This document shows positions 59,061 to 64,000 of a stretch of DNA of 64,000 nucleotides, piece by piece. Each line of letters opens with the position of its first letter. Position 1 is the first letter of the stretch. Source of the stretch: the human T2T-CHM13v2.0 reference genome, Homo sapiens; the NCBI RefSeq assembly GCF_009914755.1, contig NC_060930.1; one strand, given 5' to 3'. Below the pieces are notes generated by a model. It was not told the origin of the DNA and did no database searches. It saw only the letters and a list, made by a program, of their open reading frames with translations. The position numbers were made by a program, and so were the translations under genes.

Positions 59061-62000
59061 TAGTAGTTTCAAAATGTCACTGATGGAATGACATTGATAC
59101 TAGCTATTGGTAATTAACTAGGCCAGCAAAGCTTGGGCCCACCCAAGGTAGCCTGAAGAGCAGGACTGCTAATGGACTCCCAATCAATGTGCATGGAGGC
59201 TCTCCCTAAATACTTGTCATCAGCTCTCCTGCCATCCACACTGCTCTTCAAACACCCAAATGCACTCATGTGACTCCCCTGATTTAGACCTTCAGTGATC
59301 CTCCCATCATTCACTACAAAGATGAGTCCAAATCCCCTAACATCACTCACCGCCAGGCACCAGGGGAGCCATCACAGAAGAACGTCCTGCTCTGCTGGGG
59401 CTTCCGTCCTTATGACGGAAGAGAGGCAGCGAACACACAAACCCAGAACAGGGCAGGCGGTAAGTGCTTGGAAGAAGGCTAAGGCAGGCACCGGGGCTGC
59501 AGAATGGCACTTATCCAAGAAGTCCTCTCAAGAAAGGTGAGTACAGCCTGAATGACATGACCATATGACAAGCAAAGGCCTCCCAAAGCTGGCCCGAGGC
59601 CTGCTGGCCAAGCTCCTCCTCCGCCCGTCCTCCTCTTGCAACCTGCACTCCAGCCTCGGGAGCTGGGATTCCTTCTCCTAACACACCTCGCTGCTTCCAC
59701 ACTCCATGCATTTGCATTTGCTCTTCTTCTGCCTACAGCATCACCCACACACCTATCTGGTCTGGCCAACTCCTCCTGATCCTCCAAGGCTCCCCAGAAG
59801 CTTCTCCTCCTTTTTGAGGCCTTCTCTGGACACCAACCACGCACCAGCTTCCTCACCAGCAAGATTCATCACTTCTCCCTTCTGCCCCTCTGGACTGCAC
59901 CGTGTTTATTCATGTGTCTGACGCCTGAGCAAAGTGGAGTTCCTTAAAGTCCCGGAGCTGTGACACTCATCTCCATAGCAGCAGCCCCAGGTCCTTCAAG
60001 ACAGCCGTGCCTCTAGGGCCTCTGTTAATAAAGGAATGAAATGCACATCCTCTTTTTACAATGCCATCTTTGAAAAGGTCTGCCCATGAAGAAAGCACAA
60101 ACAAATGCCTTTTTATTTAAAACTCCCTTTGTAAAAATCACTCTCCTTTTTTCCTGAAACCTGCATCTTTTAAAAGTCCTTTTGGGTTCTTCCCCCTGTA
60201 AAACTATCTTGACACCTAGCCATGTATCACGGCACATGAAGCAGCTACAACACTGCAGTTGGAAAAACATTATGCTGTGAAGGAAGAAACTCTATCTGCC
60301 AAGACACTTAAAGGCTTGCTACAGATATCATGAGAATGCCATGCTGGCCACAATGAAAGCAGCTTGGACACTCCTTTACAGCCTGTGATCATTTTCACAA
60401 ACATTTCCTAAATTCTACATAGTAAAACTTTCTTTCCAAGGAGGACAAATTGTTTAAAAAGGGGGAGGAACATATTCTTTTCTGGTTTTGTTTTTCTGTA
60501 GTTAAACTCTGAGCTTTAAAAACACAGCCTATACCCCCCCATCCTTAGAACACCCAAACAGAAAGTCATTTGGAAGTAAAAAGGAAAAAAGTGGCCAGGA
60601 CTCAAGACAAATGGCTCCCAATAAAGGAGATGGATTCAGAGAAAAAAAAAAAAAATATTCTTTCAGTGCAGATTCCACTACTGTTACTTGAGTTTCCATT
60701 CTGTTTTCAATGTGAGGCAAATAAAATTGTAGAAGTGAGAGCCTCCCATGTCGGTGGAAGGGAGTTGGATTCAGAATCAGGTTCTAACTGCAGAAACACA
60801 GGCCAGATCTCATAAAGACCAGCCCAAGCCACGCTGACAGCTGGCCCTCCTCAAGCCTAAACTAGAGCTCCAAAACTGAAGACCCCCTAAAAATAACAAA
60901 GAAAGAGCATTCAGCTGCTCCATCCAAACTCAAGCACAAAAGAAAGCGGGGGTAAAAATCGTTTCCATATTTCACATAAACACAGATCTCACTGCGACAG
61001 CTAGGAATGCATGAGTCAACCAAGGACTGACAATAATTACTGCACACATCGAGGCCCCCCACTACAATTCAAGACGAGAATGTGCAACACAGAACGAAAA
61101 TTATGGACGTCTCTATTGGGAAATGTTTGTGCTTACATATTTCAAGATGGCTCTTTTAAAAAAAATAAAGTGTCCTTTTACGTGAGCTTTTAACTTTTTT
61201 GTTGTTGTTGTTCCAGAGAAAGCACCTGGAAGAGACTTTAAAATTTAAAACTTGTCCCAGAGTCACGTGAGATTTTATTCTTGCAACTTACTGTAACTGT
61301 ACACTGTGAGTTTCTCCCAGCCCCCAGACTCCCTCACACGGTGGTTAAGATTAGTTCTGCCCCTGAACAGACTGGGGGTTTAACTGCACTGCAGTGGCCC
61401 TTGTGGGGCAGGAACAGAGGCAAATAAATCACAGAATGGCTGTAATTCCAGAAGAACAATTTTGGGGGAAGTAAACTTTCTCGTTGTTGGCTGTCAGGAA
61501 CGGAAAGTTATCTATGGTGTACAGTGTTGAGAACCAGGCACCAGATGTCTGGTGCTGGGGCCGTCTCATTTCATGAAAAGGAATGTTTTCTTTTAAATGT
61601 CTAAATAACAAGTACCATTTCCTGAGCCCTTCTGTATTCCACAACATAAGCTGGGCACTCTCTCCTGCTGTTTCATTAATGCTCATAACAGCCATGTGAT
61701 GTATTATTATGCCCACTTTGCAGATGTGAAAGCAAGCTCCGAAGGGCTAAATGCTCAAGGTCATACTACCATTGAGTGCTAGAGTGAGGATTCAACACGG
61801 GTTATTTTACTTTGCCCCAGACTGGCTCTGCTTTCCCCCTACAGCAGGTGGGGCACCTGTTCTGGTGTGTGTGACTTCCGCAGGCAGGCAGGTAAAGCCT
61901 TTGAGAGCGGCGGAGTCTCATGAGCAGGATGGATACAGGAAAACAAAGCTGTCTCCCTGGCTCATTCTCCATGCGATTAAATTAGTCAATGCTTACTACA

Positions 62001-62278
62001 TGGATGAATGCAGAATTTAAATCTAGTGTCTGAAGAGCCTTTATTAACCATCATGTGAGCGTGTCCCTGGTTGCCCACTATCAAAGAAGTGACACTACTG
62101 AACTATAAACATCAATTTTACATCCAACAGAAGATATACCACGTTCTTGACCTCCTTATAATCCCATAAAGCCCAGTTTCCTTGAAAGCCAGATTAAAAC
62201 AGTTCACTGAGCATGTGCCACCATATCTCGCAATTACTATTTCTTTTAAAGCCAGGCATGATCCCATATCTTTAAGAA

Positions 62279-62892
62279 ATTTATTTGATAGCAGTCTTAT
62301 GCTTATTTATTTGATAGCAGTCTTATGCTTATTTGATAGCAGTCAGTTCTAATTTATTTGATAGCAGTCTTATGCATATTTGATATTTATTTGGCTTATT
62401 TATTTATGCTTATTTGATATTTATTTGATAGCAGTCTTATGCTTATTTGATATTTACTTATTTATGCTTATTTGATATTTATTTTATTTGATAGCAGTCT
62501 TATGCTTATTCGATATTTATTTATTTTGCTTATGTATTTGCTTATTTATTTGTGCTTGTTTGATATTTATCTATTTTATTTATAGCAGTCTTATGCTTAT
62601 TTGATAGCAGTCAGTTCTAATTTATTTGATAGCAGTCTTACGCATATTTGATATTTATTTGGCTTATTTATTTATGCTTATTTGATATTTATTTGATAGC
62701 AGTCTTATGCTTATTTGATATTTATTTACTTATTTATGCTTATTTGATATTTATTTTATTTGATAGCAGTCTTATGCTTATTTGATATTTATTTATTTTG
62801 CTTATGTATTTGCTTATTTATTTGTGCTTGTTTGATATTTATCTATTTTATTTATAGCAGTCTTATGCTTATTTGATAGCAGTCAGCTCTAA
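62279..62892. repeat. AT-rich compound minisatellite with a higher-order period of about 270 bp
   Basis: Core tatttgatagcagtcttatgct; marker agtcagYtctaa at 62341, 62609 and 62881. Confidence 0.93.
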
Positions 62893-64000
62893 CACAGTTT
62901 CTAAGTCACTGAGCATGAAAGTCCATCTCTCCTCGAGAAGTTCCCTCTTTTAGGTAGCAACTGGCAGTGTGAAATAGAAGAGACCTGATGCCTTCAAGAG
63001 TAGATGAGGAACACAGGCACATGCTGCCCTGTCTCCCTGAGAATGACATCATCCTTTTATGCTGTATGATTTTATGCATGTCTGTGTTTTGTTCTTTTTA
63101 AAGGAGACCTGATGACCAGGTTCTGGTCATCTTCAGAGCACTGAAAAAAATGAGTGACAGCAGGTGGCTGTCACATTATCAGGCCAAGAAGGCATCTTCC
63201 TCTTTTTCTAAATAACGTGAGCCAAGGTAATAATGACAGCATTCCAAGAACATCTTCTACTCCCGGGACAACTGCCACTGTACTTCAGGGAGTAACCAAA
63301 ACACCAAGTCCCATCAGTGGGTTTGCTGGGGTGGCAAGCTCTAATGCACAGTACAGTTCTACCAATCTGTCATCAAGTGCCTTCCAATGACATCATCAGC
63401 CCATGAATGTAACAGAACAATTATCTGCCCCGTGACCCCTTCCAAAGAGTTCCCCCTTATTAATTCTGTGTCCTACTTCTCGGCACTAAAATTCAAAGAA
63501 GTTACCTTGCCCTTTGGGTCAACCTTACCAACTTCTCTCAAATAGGCTTTGTAAAATTATGAAACAAACTTCGGAGAAAGATACAAGTCCCACATTCTCC
63601 CTATGCCTAAGGGATCTCAGAGATTGTTTATCAGGCCACCTCGCACTTTAATATAAGCCTGGCCTTAAAAGAAGACTAAATGTTTGTTTTAAGCAGAACT
63701 GGTGCCACAGTAATAAACTTTCAGGGCAGGAGATCAGTTCTCCCTTGTTAGACTGACCCAAGATATTTTGCCAGGTGCAAGCCAGCCTGCCACAAAACAT
63801 CCTAAATCCACCATCCAGTCCCAAAGTGGGTGGGCCATGACACCTTTCTGTTCCTAAGAGGCACTTAGATTTTTAGATTATTTTTTAGATTAATAAAGTT
63901 AATTAAGTTTGATTGCATAAGCCCTACTTCTAAAAATTTGAGGTTTATCTAAATATAGTGATGCAGAGAAATCGTTAAGACAGTATTCAATGTAAAAAGG

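Noticed and set aside
59455-59545. Two consensus + strand donor motifs (GCG|gtaagt and AAG|gtgagt)
   Set aside because: No matched acceptor or promoter evidence; they lie in L2-like sequence and are expected by chance.
63111-63131. 9-bp hairpin gatgaccag-gtt-ctggtcatc
   Set aside because: Short enough to occur by chance in 64 kb; the half-sites are everted, so it is not a canonical ERE.

Overview
Human genomic DNA (a near-consensus AluYa5 is present) covering the middle of CNKSR3 (connector enhancer of KSR 3), which is transcribed on the minus strand. Eight coding exons were located by hand at GT-AG boundaries: 31594-31757, 23611-23813, 22815-22902, 14985-15026, 11990-12109, 9647-9706, 4404-4472 and 3995-4141. 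They splice into one open frame encoding SAM, CRIC and PDZ domains and correspond to exons 2-9 by recalled numbering. Exon 1 lies beyond the right edge and the remaining exons beyond the left edge. The rest is intron: about 43 Alus, old L1s, MIR/L2, MLT LTRs, hAT and Tigger DNA transposons, and two unusual tandem repeats. No second protein-coding gene, RNA gene or demonstrably new biological system was found. The best leads are: (i) a run of phase-0 exons flanked by inverted Alus, which could give stop-free PDZ-encoding circRNAs; (ii) a human-specific AluYa5; (iii) a higher-order AT-rich repeat dense in sense-strand AATAAA; (iv) several fossil repair or insertion scars. Repeat coordinates are approximate and subfamily calls are from memory of consensus sequences.
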